A stretch of 64,000 nucleotides of DNA from Minisyncoccota bacterium (GTDB lineage Bacteria > Patescibacteriota > Minisyncoccia > Phycocordibacterales > UBA2100), in contig JARLIE010000218.1 of NCBI GenBank assembly GCA_031291875.1, positions 4,979 to 68,978 of the forward strand, in the 5' to 3' direction. This document shows, piece by piece, positions 31,524 through 41,300 of the stretch. Both the position numbers and the translations under genes were made by a program. Each line of letters begins with the position of its first letter. Position 1 is the stretch's first letter. The notes below the pieces were generated by a model, which was given only the letters and a program-made list of their open reading frames with translations, ran no database searches and was not told where the DNA came from.

Positions 31524-32099
31524 TTATTCGACAACGAGAAGACCTCCGAAATCCGTTTTCCGCACCTCCTTGTAGTTCTTGTTGGGAAGAAGCGCGGGAG
31601 CGCCGTTTCGCTCGACGACATAGTACGCGAAGCCGTGCATCTTTTTGACCGCTTCGTAATCGGCGTGGCCGGGCATCGAGGCGGAGTCGTCCGGACCTTC
31701 GACGGGAGAATCGTCGACAAGCACCAGCCAGGTAGCACCGGTATTGGTCATCAAGTGTCCATATCCTGGCGGCATATACACGGAATCGCCCGCTTTCACA
31801 TTGATTGCCTTGAATTCTTCCACGACCGACGGGTCGCTCGAATCGACTAGCTTTTGTTGGAGCACCACACCTTCCCCAGAGACGAACCAGTAGGTCTCGT
31901 CTAAATTGCCGATGTGGTAGTGCCCATACGTTTTGATGTATTCGCCGCCGACGGTACCCGTTTCAAGCACTGTGATATTGCGTTTATTCTTCCCTCCTCG
32001 AATCATATAGTAATGAATCGACGGGCCCGAAGCGCTCGGGTCCAACAATACATCGGCCATCTTTTCCTGTGTTCGGGCTGCGTAGGGTTCGAATGTCAT
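31524..32099 (-). CDS. cupin-type (archaeal-type) glucose-6-phosphate isomerase
   Basis: Metal-binding signatures TYGHYH..E and PPGYGHLMTN, characteristic of cPGI. Confidence 0.72.
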   Translation of the reverse strand: MTFEPYAARTQEKMADVLLDPSASGPSIHYYMIRGGKNKRNITVLETGTVGGEYIKTYGHYHIGNLDETYWFVSGEGVVLQQKLVDSSDPSVVEEFKAINVKAGDSVYMPPGYGHLMTNTGATWLVLVDDSPVEGPDDSASMPGHADYEAVKKMHGFAYYVVERNGAPALLPNKNYKEVRKTDFGGLLVVE

Positions 32100-32157
32100 G
32101 GAACCATCTTACCACTTAAAAATGAAGAAAAAGTGCCGCTGAAAGGCCTCTATATTC

Positions 32158-34131
32158 CTACAAAGCAGGCAATTCCTTCATCTTTTTGAGGTACAAGAGC
32201 ACCGCATTGACGTAGGCGGCATGCGACCAGGCAAGCGGCGCGACGGAAACCTGTTCGCCTGTTTGCGGATGTTGCTGCTCGGATAGGACACCCGAGGGCT
32301 GGGCGTGCCGCACTACCCAATCAAACGTTTCGCGCACGCGCGCGAGGTCCGAGCGCTTCTTTGCACGCGCAATGAGGTATTCCGCGTACCAGAGCGTCGT
32401 CACAATCCATGGGTTGCCTTGAGACGGTCCTGGAATGCGGTAGTAGTCGTCGTCCTCAAAGCGAGCAATGCCGCCGGCGGAAATACCCTCACTCAACCGT
32501 ATGACGGTCGTTTGCCAGGCACGTTCAAGGCGTGGATCGTCCACCGGCAACATACCGAACGCAAATATGCCGTAGGCGCTCGAGGCATCCAGCGTGCGAT
32601 CGTACACGATGCCGTTTTTGGTATTCTCAAGCATGTTCACGAAATAACCGTTCTTTTCATCCCAAAGATTCTTAATGATCGCCTCGCGAATCTCGCTGGC
32701 CGCCGTTCGATACTTTTTTTCATTCTCCTTTTTTCCGACTGCCGCAGAGAGATCCGCTGCCGCGCTGAGCGCCGCGCTCGTTGCGGCGCAGGTGAACGTC
32801 AGTACGCCCCGCTTTCGCTCCCAAAGATCGTACGATGGCTGCGGCAAGCCGGTCGCCGGGTCGCGATAGTCGAGCATGAAATTCGCGGCTCGCTCGACGA
32901 TCGGTTCGTAATTCATTTCAAGCCATTCGATATCTTTCGCCGACTCGAATTCGCGCGCCGCCGTAAGCACGACGAGCGCCGTTTCGTCCTCCTGAATCGG
33001 CAGCTGCATTTCGCCATCTTTCCACCACGGATGCCAGGAGCTTCCGAGCGACATGTCGGGCAAATATTTGTGGAGGAAATACCCGTTTTTCGTAATCGTG
33101 TGTCTGCAAAATTCCAGGAATCGTTTGGCGATGACGGTGTCACCTGCCTCGATCAATACTTGGGCGATCATCGAGGCGTCTCGCGGCCAGATGTAGGAGT
33201 ACGTATCGAGCGCGAATTGCAAAATATCGGAATCGAGCGAGGCGATGATGCCGCCATCTTGATCGACGTGCGCGCGCATATACATAAGCGATTTTTTGAA
33301 CAGCGCTGCATGCTGATCGGGTAAATCTGCGAACTCGCGCGTCCCGAGCCATTCCTTCCAAAGGTCGTCCGCGTTGCGCACCAAATACTCGGCACTTTTC
33401 TTTATAATGTAGGTGTTCAATTCCTGCGCCTCCTGGATGAACTGTGCCGCCGCGATCCAATAGTGCGCGACGCGCACCTGTTGAGAATCGTACTCACCAT
33501 AGACGCCAAGCACCGAATCCGCCGGCCCATGCTCGATCGGATTCTTACTAAGTTGGCCGTCCTCGGCATCTTTGTGCGATCCCTCCTTGCCTTGGAAATT
33601 CATGCGGCCGGTCGCGAAGTCTTGAAACGGCTCATCGTCGAGCGTCGCGTTCATCAAAAATACGCGACGACCTTTGTAATGAATAATCGAATGTGAAATC
33701 GGATCGAAGTAGGCAGTGTCGCTGCCGTGGGATTTATATATCTCGTATTGATGCGCAAAGTACAACTTGATGGCGCGCTTTTGACCGAGGTTGCGTACTG
33801 TAATTCTTCGTATAAACACCGGCCTATCGCTATACACCATGTCGGTGAACGTAAGCTCGATACCGAGCTGTTCGTGCTTCGCAGTAATTGCGCTCTGAAG
33901 CGCCTCGTCTTCGCAACCCACCGTGATTTGCCATGCCGGATCGTCAGAGAGCCAGCTCAAACGACCATCGACCCAAATACCGACACGGTGCACATAATGG
34001 CCACGCACATGATCTTCTTGCCCGACATGGGGAAAGTAGATATCGCGAACAGCGCCGCGGTTATCGAGCGCAACGGCGAGCTGTCCATTGGAAAGAACAA
34101 TGGAACGGGACATACAAAAAGTATATCGCAT
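32158..34131 (-). CDS. glycoside hydrolase family 15 (glucoamylase/glucodextranase-like)
   Basis: N-terminal beta-sandwich plus (alpha/alpha)6 domain with YSYIWPRDAS. Confidence 0.85.
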   Translation of the reverse strand: MRYTFCMSRSIVLSNGQLAVALDNRGAVRDIYFPHVGQEDHVRGHYVHRVGIWVDGRLSWLSDDPAWQITVGCEDEALQSAITAKHEQLGIELTFTDMVYSDRPVFIRRITVRNLGQKRAIKLYFAHQYEIYKSHGSDTAYFDPISHSIIHYKGRRVFLMNATLDDEPFQDFATGRMNFQGKEGSHKDAEDGQLSKNPIEHGPADSVLGVYGEYDSQQVRVAHYWIAAAQFIQEAQELNTYIIKKSAEYLVRNADDLWKEWLGTREFADLPDQHAALFKKSLMYMRAHVDQDGGIIASLDSDILQFALDTYSYIWPRDASMIAQVLIEAGDTVIAKRFLEFCRHTITKNGYFLHKYLPDMSLGSSWHPWWKDGEMQLPIQEDETALVVLTAAREFESAKDIEWLEMNYEPIVERAANFMLDYRDPATGLPQPSYDLWERKRGVLTFTCAATSAALSAAADLSAAVGKKENEKKYRTAASEIREAIIKNLWDEKNGYFVNMLENTKNGIVYDRTLDASSAYGIFAFGMLPVDDPRLERAWQTTVIRLSEGISAGGIARFEDDDYYRIPGPSQGNPWIVTTLWYAEYLIARAKKRSDLARVRETFDWVVRHAQPSGVLSEQQHPQTGEQVSVAPLAWSHAAYVNAVLLYLKKMKELPAL

Positions 34132-34178
34132 AATCCGCGACCTTCACGAGACCGAAGCTCGATAAACAGGAGAACGTA

Positions 34179-35405
34179 TTAGACGCCTCGCTTTTCCAAA
34201 CGCAATTTCAGATCCTGGAGCGCATTCATGTACGCGATATGCGCGTCATAGGGCGATTCGTACGGCGAAAAGTACGCGTGCACGTCGCCGTCGCTAAACC
34301 ACTTGGTGCACATGTAGTAGAAGTGATCGGAGGTTTGGAGGCGACGCCAATCCTCAAGAAGCTTTAGATCGTTCGAAAGAAGAATCTTTTCCTCGAGCGC
34401 ATAGATGGCATCGAGCGCGGAGCGCTGCATAGGATTCCCCGTCCATGCAGTGAGGTCGCGGTCGGTGTCGGCCCAGGTGACCGTATGCGGCATATCGACT
34501 TCGTCCCGCACGTCATATGCGGCGATGACTTCTGAAGGTGTTTTGAAATCCATTCCGGGATTCTTTGCCAGCTCTTCTGGCAGCTTTTCGAGAAATTGAA
34601 AGATGCCGCTATCTTCCCACTGGTGTTCGCCGAACGTTTCGTAGTCCATAAAAAGATTCACCACATCCCCTTCTGCAACGCCAAGCCACTGCGCGTACTT
34701 TTCCGCCGAAAGCGGGAACTCGCTCCAGTCGCGAGAAGAGAAACGAAATGCAACGTCGTCGGAGAGACGGTAATTTTTCAAAAGGAGCCGTGCGTTTTGC
34801 GAACCCTTCGGTCGGTACACGTAGTTGGGTGATCGCCAGCCGAGTACCGGATCCCAACCTTCGGTAAGAATACCTGCATAGCCGTTGCGATCCGCCCATT
34901 CTCCGAGATCGTTGCGGTATGAAAGCTCAGTGTTGCGAAATACGCGAGGCCAAACGCCGAACAGCTTGCGGACCGTTTCCCGGTGCTTCGCGACCTGTCG
35001 CTCAAACTCCGAGGGCGAGTAGAAAAACGCGAGTGAGTGATAGTATGTTTCGCCAAGAACCTCGACGCGGCCGGTGTCGATCAATTCTTTGAAGAGCGCG
35101 ATCACTTCCGGCGTGTAGTGCTGCATCTGCTCAAGCGCAACGCCCGAGAACGAGAACGAGACTTTCATTTCTGGATGTCGATGCAGCAGCTCGATCAAGA
35201 GCTTCGTCGTCGGAATGTACGACTTGCGAGCTACTTTCTCGAGTATTTGGCGATTGTTCAACTTACTATCGCTGCGGTCGTTGAAATATTCCGGGTCATT
35301 ACCAATATCAAACACGCGATAATTCTTCACGCGATACGGCTGGTGCACCTGAAAATAAAAGCAGACCGACTTCATACGGTTTCGTAGCTCATTGTACACC
35401 CGCAA
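34179..35405 (-). CDS. glycoside hydrolase family 57 protein
   Basis: N-terminal FYFQVHQPYR GH57 signature. 408 aa. Confidence 0.8.
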   Translation of the reverse strand: MRVYNELRNRMKSVCFYFQVHQPYRVKNYRVFDIGNDPEYFNDRSDSKLNNRQILEKVARKSYIPTTKLLIELLHRHPEMKVSFSFSGVALEQMQHYTPEVIALFKELIDTGRVEVLGETYYHSLAFFYSPSEFERQVAKHRETVRKLFGVWPRVFRNTELSYRNDLGEWADRNGYAGILTEGWDPVLGWRSPNYVYRPKGSQNARLLLKNYRLSDDVAFRFSSRDWSEFPLSAEKYAQWLGVAEGDVVNLFMDYETFGEHQWEDSGIFQFLEKLPEELAKNPGMDFKTPSEVIAAYDVRDEVDMPHTVTWADTDRDLTAWTGNPMQRSALDAIYALEEKILLSNDLKLLEDWRRLQTSDHFYYMCTKWFSDGDVHAYFSPYESPYDAHIAYMNALQDLKLRLEKRGV

Positions 35406-36615
35406 AGAGCGTTTCTTGCAGGACGTTTTCCACCTTTCCGGCGGCGTCTTCCCAGGTAATAGCCTGAACTTCTTGTTGGCCGTTTTCGGAAAGCGTTTGT
35501 TTCAATCCCTTGTGGTGGACAACGCCGAGAATCTTGTTGGTCATTTCGTCGACATCCCAAAAATCGACCTTGAGCGCGTGGCGAACCTTTTCCGCAGCAC
35601 CGGATTGTTTCGAAAGCAAAACCGGCGTGCCGTTTTTCATAGCTTCAAGGGCAGTGATGCCAAACGGTTCGGAAACGGACGGCATAACGAAGAGATCTGC
35701 AGCTCGATACACCTCCGTGCGCTCATTACCGCGCAAAAAGCCGGTGAACAGCACCCGGTCGGAAATTCCCAGCTTTGCGGCCATATCCATAATCTGCCGT
35801 TCCATGTCGCCCGAGCCGGAGAGGAAGAAAACAACTTTCGGATCGCGGGACAAGACGCTCTTTGCGGCGCGCAAAAAGTAATCGGGACCCTTTTGCATCG
35901 TGATGCGGCCAAGGAAAAGAACGATGGAGTATCCGGCGGCCTTTAGGTGCTTGAGGCGCAGCGTATCGTTCGCGACACCCGGCTCGGTAGAGTCGTCGAT
36001 GCCGTTGTGCACCACTTTTATTTTCGATTCCGGTATTCCGTAAAAACGAACGATGAGATCTTTGGTGTACTGCGACACGGCAATCACGCGATCAGCGACC
36101 TCCATCCCCTCTTTTTCAATCGCGTAGACGTCCTGGTTCACTCCCATAGGACCGCCGCAGCGGTCGAAATCCGTCGCATGCACGTGTACGATAAGCGGTT
36201 TGCCGGAAAGACGCTTCGCCTCAATGCCGGCGCCAAACGAGAGCCAATCGTGGGCATAAATAATATCAAACTGATTTTCTTCTTCCTGTGCGATTTGGCC
36301 GCCGAGCAGCGCGTAGCGCTGCACTTCGCTAAAAAGATCGCTGCCGTAAATACCGATGTCGTGAACTGCGCGCGAATAGTTGCCGCTACCGATGTAGGGC
36401 CTAAGCGGCGAGTTTACCGCGCGGCCCTGGATTCCAGTCTCGGCAAAAACAAAACGCGCCCATGGCGCGCCGACCTGAATCTTTTTTGGCATGACGAATG
36501 TTATTTCAATACCCCGAGCCGCAAGCGCACGCGTAAGACCCTGACAAGCAACGCCTAAACCGCCGCTGTTGTGCGGTGGAAATTCCCAACCAAACATAAG
36601 CACGCGCGTTTTCAT
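35389..36615 (-). CDS. GT4-family glycosyltransferase (glycogen/alpha-glucan synthase-like)
   Basis: N-terminal FPPHNSGGLG. C-terminal GT-B EX7E-like region. Overlaps GH57 start by 17 nt. Confidence 0.8.
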   Translation of the reverse strand: MKTRVLMFGWEFPPHNSGGLGVACQGLTRALAARGIEITFVMPKKIQVGAPWARFVFAETGIQGRAVNSPLRPYIGSGNYSRAVHDIGIYGSDLFSEVQRYALLGGQIAQEEENQFDIIYAHDWLSFGAGIEAKRLSGKPLIVHVHATDFDRCGGPMGVNQDVYAIEKEGMEVADRVIAVSQYTKDLIVRFYGIPESKIKVVHNGIDDSTEPGVANDTLRLKHLKAAGYSIVLFLGRITMQKGPDYFLRAAKSVLSRDPKVVFFLSGSGDMERQIMDMAAKLGISDRVLFTGFLRGNERTEVYRAADLFVMPSVSEPFGITALEAMKNGTPVLLSKQSGAAEKVRHALKVDFWDVDEMTNKILGVVHHKGLKQTLSENGQQEVQAITWEDAAGKVENVLQETLFAGVQ

Positions 36616-36740
36616 CCGAATTGAGACTAGAAAAGTGGCCCCGCGTCAATCTTACACCCGCCTGTGGATAAGATTGTGGAAAAACATGTGGAAAACGGCC
36701 ATTTTTCTTACCCTAGCCCGTTTCGTGGTACCTTTTGTAG

Positions 36741-37493
36741 ATGGATTGCCCCAAAGCGGCGCTTTTTGACCTCGACGATACCTTAGCCGAGAGCTTTAAA
36801 GCCCCGTCAGAGGCTATGGTTGCCCGAGTCGCTCGCCTTGCCGAGCTCATGCCCGTTGCCATCCTTTCGGGCGCGAGTTACGAGCGCATGAAGGAGGAGA
36901 TTTTGGATCCCATCCTTGGCTTGGGAAAAACGGTACGGCTGTATGCCTTCCCCGACAGTGCATCTATTGCCTACACACTCGTGGACGACGCTTGGCAGGA
37001 GGCCTATTCGCTCGCGTTTACACCGGAGCAGCTTGAGCGTATTCGCTCGATCATTGAGGAGTGTGTTTCTCAGCACGACATAGCATCCGGCATGCCGTAC
37101 GAACCTCAAATCCTGCTGGAAAAGACTCAGGTGCGCTACGCAGCGCTCGGCCTCAATGCGACGGAAGCGGACAAGAACACCTGGGATCCCGATCAGGTGA
37201 AGCGACGTGCACTCAAGACGCTTCTCGACCAAAAGTTGCCGGAATGCGAGGTTTTGATCGGCGGACGAACGACCATCGATATCACCCGCAAAGGGGTCGA
37301 CAAAGCCTACGGCGTTCGCTGGTTCTCTGAGTACTTGCACATTCCTGCGCAGGAGATGTTCTACGTCGGCGACGCGCTCTATGAGGGCGGTAACGACCAG
37401 GTAGTTATCTCAACCGGCATACAAGCCCGACAAACGAGCGGCCCCGAAGAAACACTTTCTATCCTCGACGAACTGCTCGCCATCGCGCAGTAG
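36741..37493 (+). CDS. HAD-IIB hydrolase (phosphomannomutase-like), paralog of 23146-23871
   Basis: Motif I FDLDDTLA. C-terminal GGRTTIDI..FYVGDALYEGGND similar to PMM. Confidence 0.65.
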   Translation: MDCPKAALFDLDDTLAESFKAPSEAMVARVARLAELMPVAILSGASYERMKEEILDPILGLGKTVRLYAFPDSASIAYTLVDDAWQEAYSLAFTPEQLERIRSIIEECVSQHDIASGMPYEPQILLEKTQVRYAALGLNATEADKNTWDPDQVKRRALKTLLDQKLPECEVLIGGRTTIDITRKGVDKAYGVRWFSEYLHIPAQEMFYVGDALYEGGNDQVVISTGIQARQTSGPEETLSILDELLAIAQ

Positions 37494-37510
37494 CAATTTT
37501 GAATACATCG

Positions 37511-37550
37511 CAAAACAGGCGGCTATTCGGCCGCCTGTTGTTTGTTGTCG
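37511..37550. terminator. bidirectional rho-independent terminator
   Basis: CAAAA-ACAGGCGGC-tattcg-GCCGCCTGT-TGTTTGTTGT. Confidence 0.5.
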
Positions 37551-37556
37551 TTTGAC

Positions 37557-38300
37557 CTAGGCTGCGCGGTACCTGCGCCACGCCCAGTAGATTGCCCCAA
37601 GCACAATCACGGCAAGCAGTGTCCACCATACCCACGCGGGAACGCCGTTGAACGCCTCGGCAACTGCCGCAGTCTGCGAGCTCGTAGCTACCAATGCGGC
37701 GGCCGCTTCCTGATTTGTGCCGGTCGCCGTTGTCGCGCTCGTCGTCGAACCCGACGTAGGGACAATAGCGTTATTCGGTACTGGCACCTGCGCCGTTCCC
37801 TGCGTTGCAGGAGTGGTCGGTGCTGATGCGTTCGCGACCGTTACCGTGACCGAACCTTGCGATCCGGAAAGCTCGTTGTTGCTACCGCCATCCAAAAGGA
37901 TCGAATTGCCGTCGACCGTGATAGTTGCCTTTCCCGCCTGCTTCGCGCGGAACGTGAGCGTTCCCAAAACGGTTGGGGAACTGAATCCCGCCGGATAGCC
38001 GCCTGTTTTAATGACGGTGCCGTTTGTGTTGTCCATAAGATCGTACCCGCTCTGGGTAACGGCGATCCACGTCGGCGCAAGCGAGAAGGCGGTCGCCGAG
38101 AGGATATTCGAGTTGAACTGAATGTTCGCGCTCGAAGTGTAGAGCGGCGTTCCGCTCGGGGTCGCCGTGACAGTGACCGTGAATGTCTGTCCTGCGACAA
38201 CAGTGACCGTCGAAGGTGTCAGCTGGATCGAAGCCGCAAGCGCGAGCGACGGGACCAGGAAGAGCGTGCCGATGACGAGATTTGTTACGAGTTTGTTCAT
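37557..38300 (-). CDS. cohesin-like domain protein with C-terminal transmembrane anchor
   Basis: Signal peptide. About 130-aa beta-rich module (LTPSTVTVVAGQTFTVTVTA...IQFNSNIL...) with cohesin-like pattern. T/S/A linker. C-terminal TM WVWWTLLAVIVLGAIYWAW plus RRYR stop-transfer. Start 2 nt after the stop of the dockerin protein. Confidence 0.5.
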   Translation of the reverse strand: MNKLVTNLVIGTLFLVPSLALAASIQLTPSTVTVVAGQTFTVTVTATPSGTPLYTSSANIQFNSNILSATAFSLAPTWIAVTQSGYDLMDNTNGTVIKTGGYPAGFSSPTVLGTLTFRAKQAGKATITVDGNSILLDGGSNNELSGSQGSVTVTVANASAPTTPATQGTAQVPVPNNAIVPTSGSTTSATTATGTNQEAAAALVATSSQTAAVAEAFNGVPAWVWWTLLAVIVLGAIYWAWRRYRAA

Positions 38301-38301
38301 A

Positions 38302-41300
38302 CTAGATAATCCAGTGGGTAAGGAAGTTGTTAAGGTCCAATAAGTTTACGGTGCCGTCGTTGTTGAAGTCTCCGGGGATATTCGAACCACTCTTGCCCCA
38401 GTTGGCGAACAGGATGTTGAGGTCGAAGATATCTACCTTGCCGTCGTGGTTGAGGTCGTACGGCGAGTAGCTCTGCCCGATCGGGCCGTTGCCGCCGCCG
38501 CTTCCTCCTGAATTTGAATTGGAGTTGGAATTGGAATTCGAGTTCGAATTCGAGTTGCTCTGAGCCGCGTACGTGAAGGTAATCTTTGCATCACTCGCGA
38601 TCGTTTCACCCGCCATGTCTTTGACCGAACCGGAAGGGATGGTCACCGTGACCGCGCCGTTTGCGGCCGGCGTCACATCGAACGTAACTGTCGTGCTAGC
38701 CGCGCTGATTTGAATGTTGCCGACAATACCATTACCTACTGTCAGATCACTCGTGTCGAAGCCTCGAATCGGCTGCGAGAATGTTGCCGTGATATGAATC
38801 GGATTGTCACTAATCGTAGTTGTCGTCGCAGAGGTCGAAGTGAGATTGACCGTCTCAGGACCCTCGACGATGACGGTGCGAGTCGCGTATCCCGTGTTAT
38901 TGCCACCGTCTGTTGCGGCATAGAGGATCGTGTGCGTGCCCGGAGTCGTGGTGCTCAGAAGGTTCGCCGTATTGAAGGCTGTTTCCGACGTGGTCGCCTC
39001 CCCGTCAAACGAAAGGCTGTAGCTGATACCGTTGGTCGGTGTGTCAGTCACGGTCACTCCCTGATCTAAGTAGCTCGCGCTGAATCCGATGTAGGTCGGG
39101 TTGTTGCCGACAATCGTGAGGACCGGCGTCGTCGTGTCTTTAATTGTGACCGTAACGGTTGCTGGCGCGGAGTCCCCTACTGCGTTGTGCGCTTCATACG
39201 TGAACGTGTCGGTTCCCGCATAGTTTGCATTCGGGGTGTACTTGATTTCATTGCCGACAACCGTCGCGCTGCCGTTACTTGGTGCACTCACTTTTGTTGC
39301 GTCGATGCTGGTCGCACCTGTGTCGTTCGCAAGCACGTCGATCGTCGCTGATTGGTTCATAGTAATGGTCGCGCTGTCGTTAACGGCTGTCGGGACTGTC
39401 GGCGGAGCTGACGAGGTGACTGCCGTTTGCTGACCGCCGTTGTACCACTGACCGTTCACGTGGGACCATGCGACGTAGTAGTAGGTTGTGCTGGGCGTAA
39501 TCGTCGCCATGTTGGCGTTGACGCCGCCGGTCGTAATGCCATTGGTGGTCACGAGCGAAAGCTGATCGGAGAACGGCGAGCTGGTACCGACCGCCGAGAG
39601 AACCGGGGTCGAATAGACGCCTGTGGGAATGTTGTTGGGGTTCGAGAAGTCGATCGAAGAGGTGGAGACCCAGAACGATTCTGCATCCGCCGTGACCCCA
39701 CCGTTGGTTGCGTTCAATGTCGCGTCGACGCTCGAGAGATTCGTTGCCGCATTTGTCGTCACACCCGGAATTCCTACCGCCGGGCCGTTACCGGTCGTAA
39801 AGCTTTGTTCTGCGCCCGGGTACCAGGTGCCACCGACATTCGCCCATGCGACGTAGTAGTACGTGGTGTTAGGTTGGATTGTCGGAAGATTGCTCGGGAT
39901 TCCGTGGGTTGTCGCGATCGAGAGTTGATCGGAGAACGGCGTGTTGGCAGAGACCGTATTGGTAACCGGAGTCGAAACAACGCCGGAAGGAATGTTAGTC
40001 GGATTGGAGGTGTCGATGGGCGAAGTGGTGGAGATCCAGAACGAAACCTGACTCGCATCACTTTGACCTACCGTGCCGTTGAGCTGCGCATCGTACGGCG
40101 TGACATTGCTGGCAAGATCGGTCGTAACGGTTGCGTCCGACGTCGTCATGAAGGTGTCGACACTGCCCGGGTACCAGATGCCGTTGGATTGAATCCAGGC
40201 GACAAAGTAGTACTTCGTGTTCGATACAAGACCAGAAAGCGCCTTACTGAACTGACCGCCAGCGCTTGTTGCCCCAAGACCACTGTCGTGCGTCCAACCG
40301 GAAGCCGGGAACTCACTGGAGCCCGGGTCCGTGCCGGCACTAAGCGTGCCGCTGATCGGCGTTGTACCCCACCAGAAGGAGGTGTTGTCGGCGTTCATCG
40401 ATCCGACGGTTCCGTTTGCTATCGCACTGCTGCTGCCAACACTTGTTGCAGCGTCAGTAGTGACGGTGGGAACCGAACCGTTCGAGGTTGTGAATGTTTC
40501 AACACTGCCCGGGTACCATGTACCGCCGATCTGAACCCATGCAACGAAGTAATACTGGGTGTTCGGTGAGAGTGGCTTTATCGATTCGCTGAAGTTTGCG
40601 TTCGCTGAAGCATTGCTGAGTCCGCTGTCGTGCTGCCAGCCGGAAGCCGGAAATTCTGTTGAACCCGGATCAGTTCCTGCCACGAGTGACATTGTAATCG
40701 GCGTGGTTCCCCACCAGAATGAGGTGTTGTCCGCGGCCGTCGCGCCGTCAGTGCCGTTAAGGGTCGCGTCGACTGTGTTTACCGGATTTGCGGGGTCAGT
40801 GATTACCTTTGCGTTGTTCGGATCAAATACGACGCACTGTGTGTCGCCATTTTGCGGAACGAAGGTAAGTTCTTGATTGTCGTTTGTTCCCGAGGTGTCT
40901 CCATCGCCCTTGCAATACAAACCAAGAGGCGCGTTTGCGGGAAGCTGATTGCCGCTCGCATCCGTTTCCGCGATGAGGTAGCGGCCGCTTGCCGGAACGG
41001 AAAGTGTGAGAACACCGTTTGCATCTGTAGCGCCGCCGAGCGTGAACGGTTGTCCGAGTTCAGGATACGGACTATTCGCATCAATCTGAGTTCCGTGAAC
41101 ATAACCGATGTGTACACCTTGTTCTGGAGTACAACCTACCGGAACTGTGCCGCCGATGCCACTTTGCGCGCGCGTTACAACCGTAGTAGCGGGGCACGTA
41201 TATGCAGTAACGTCGATGTTGCCATTGATTGTTGAAGACGTGAGATCGACGTTTGAGATGATGAAACCTTTTCCTGCAGTTGAGGGAGCAGCGGAAACAC

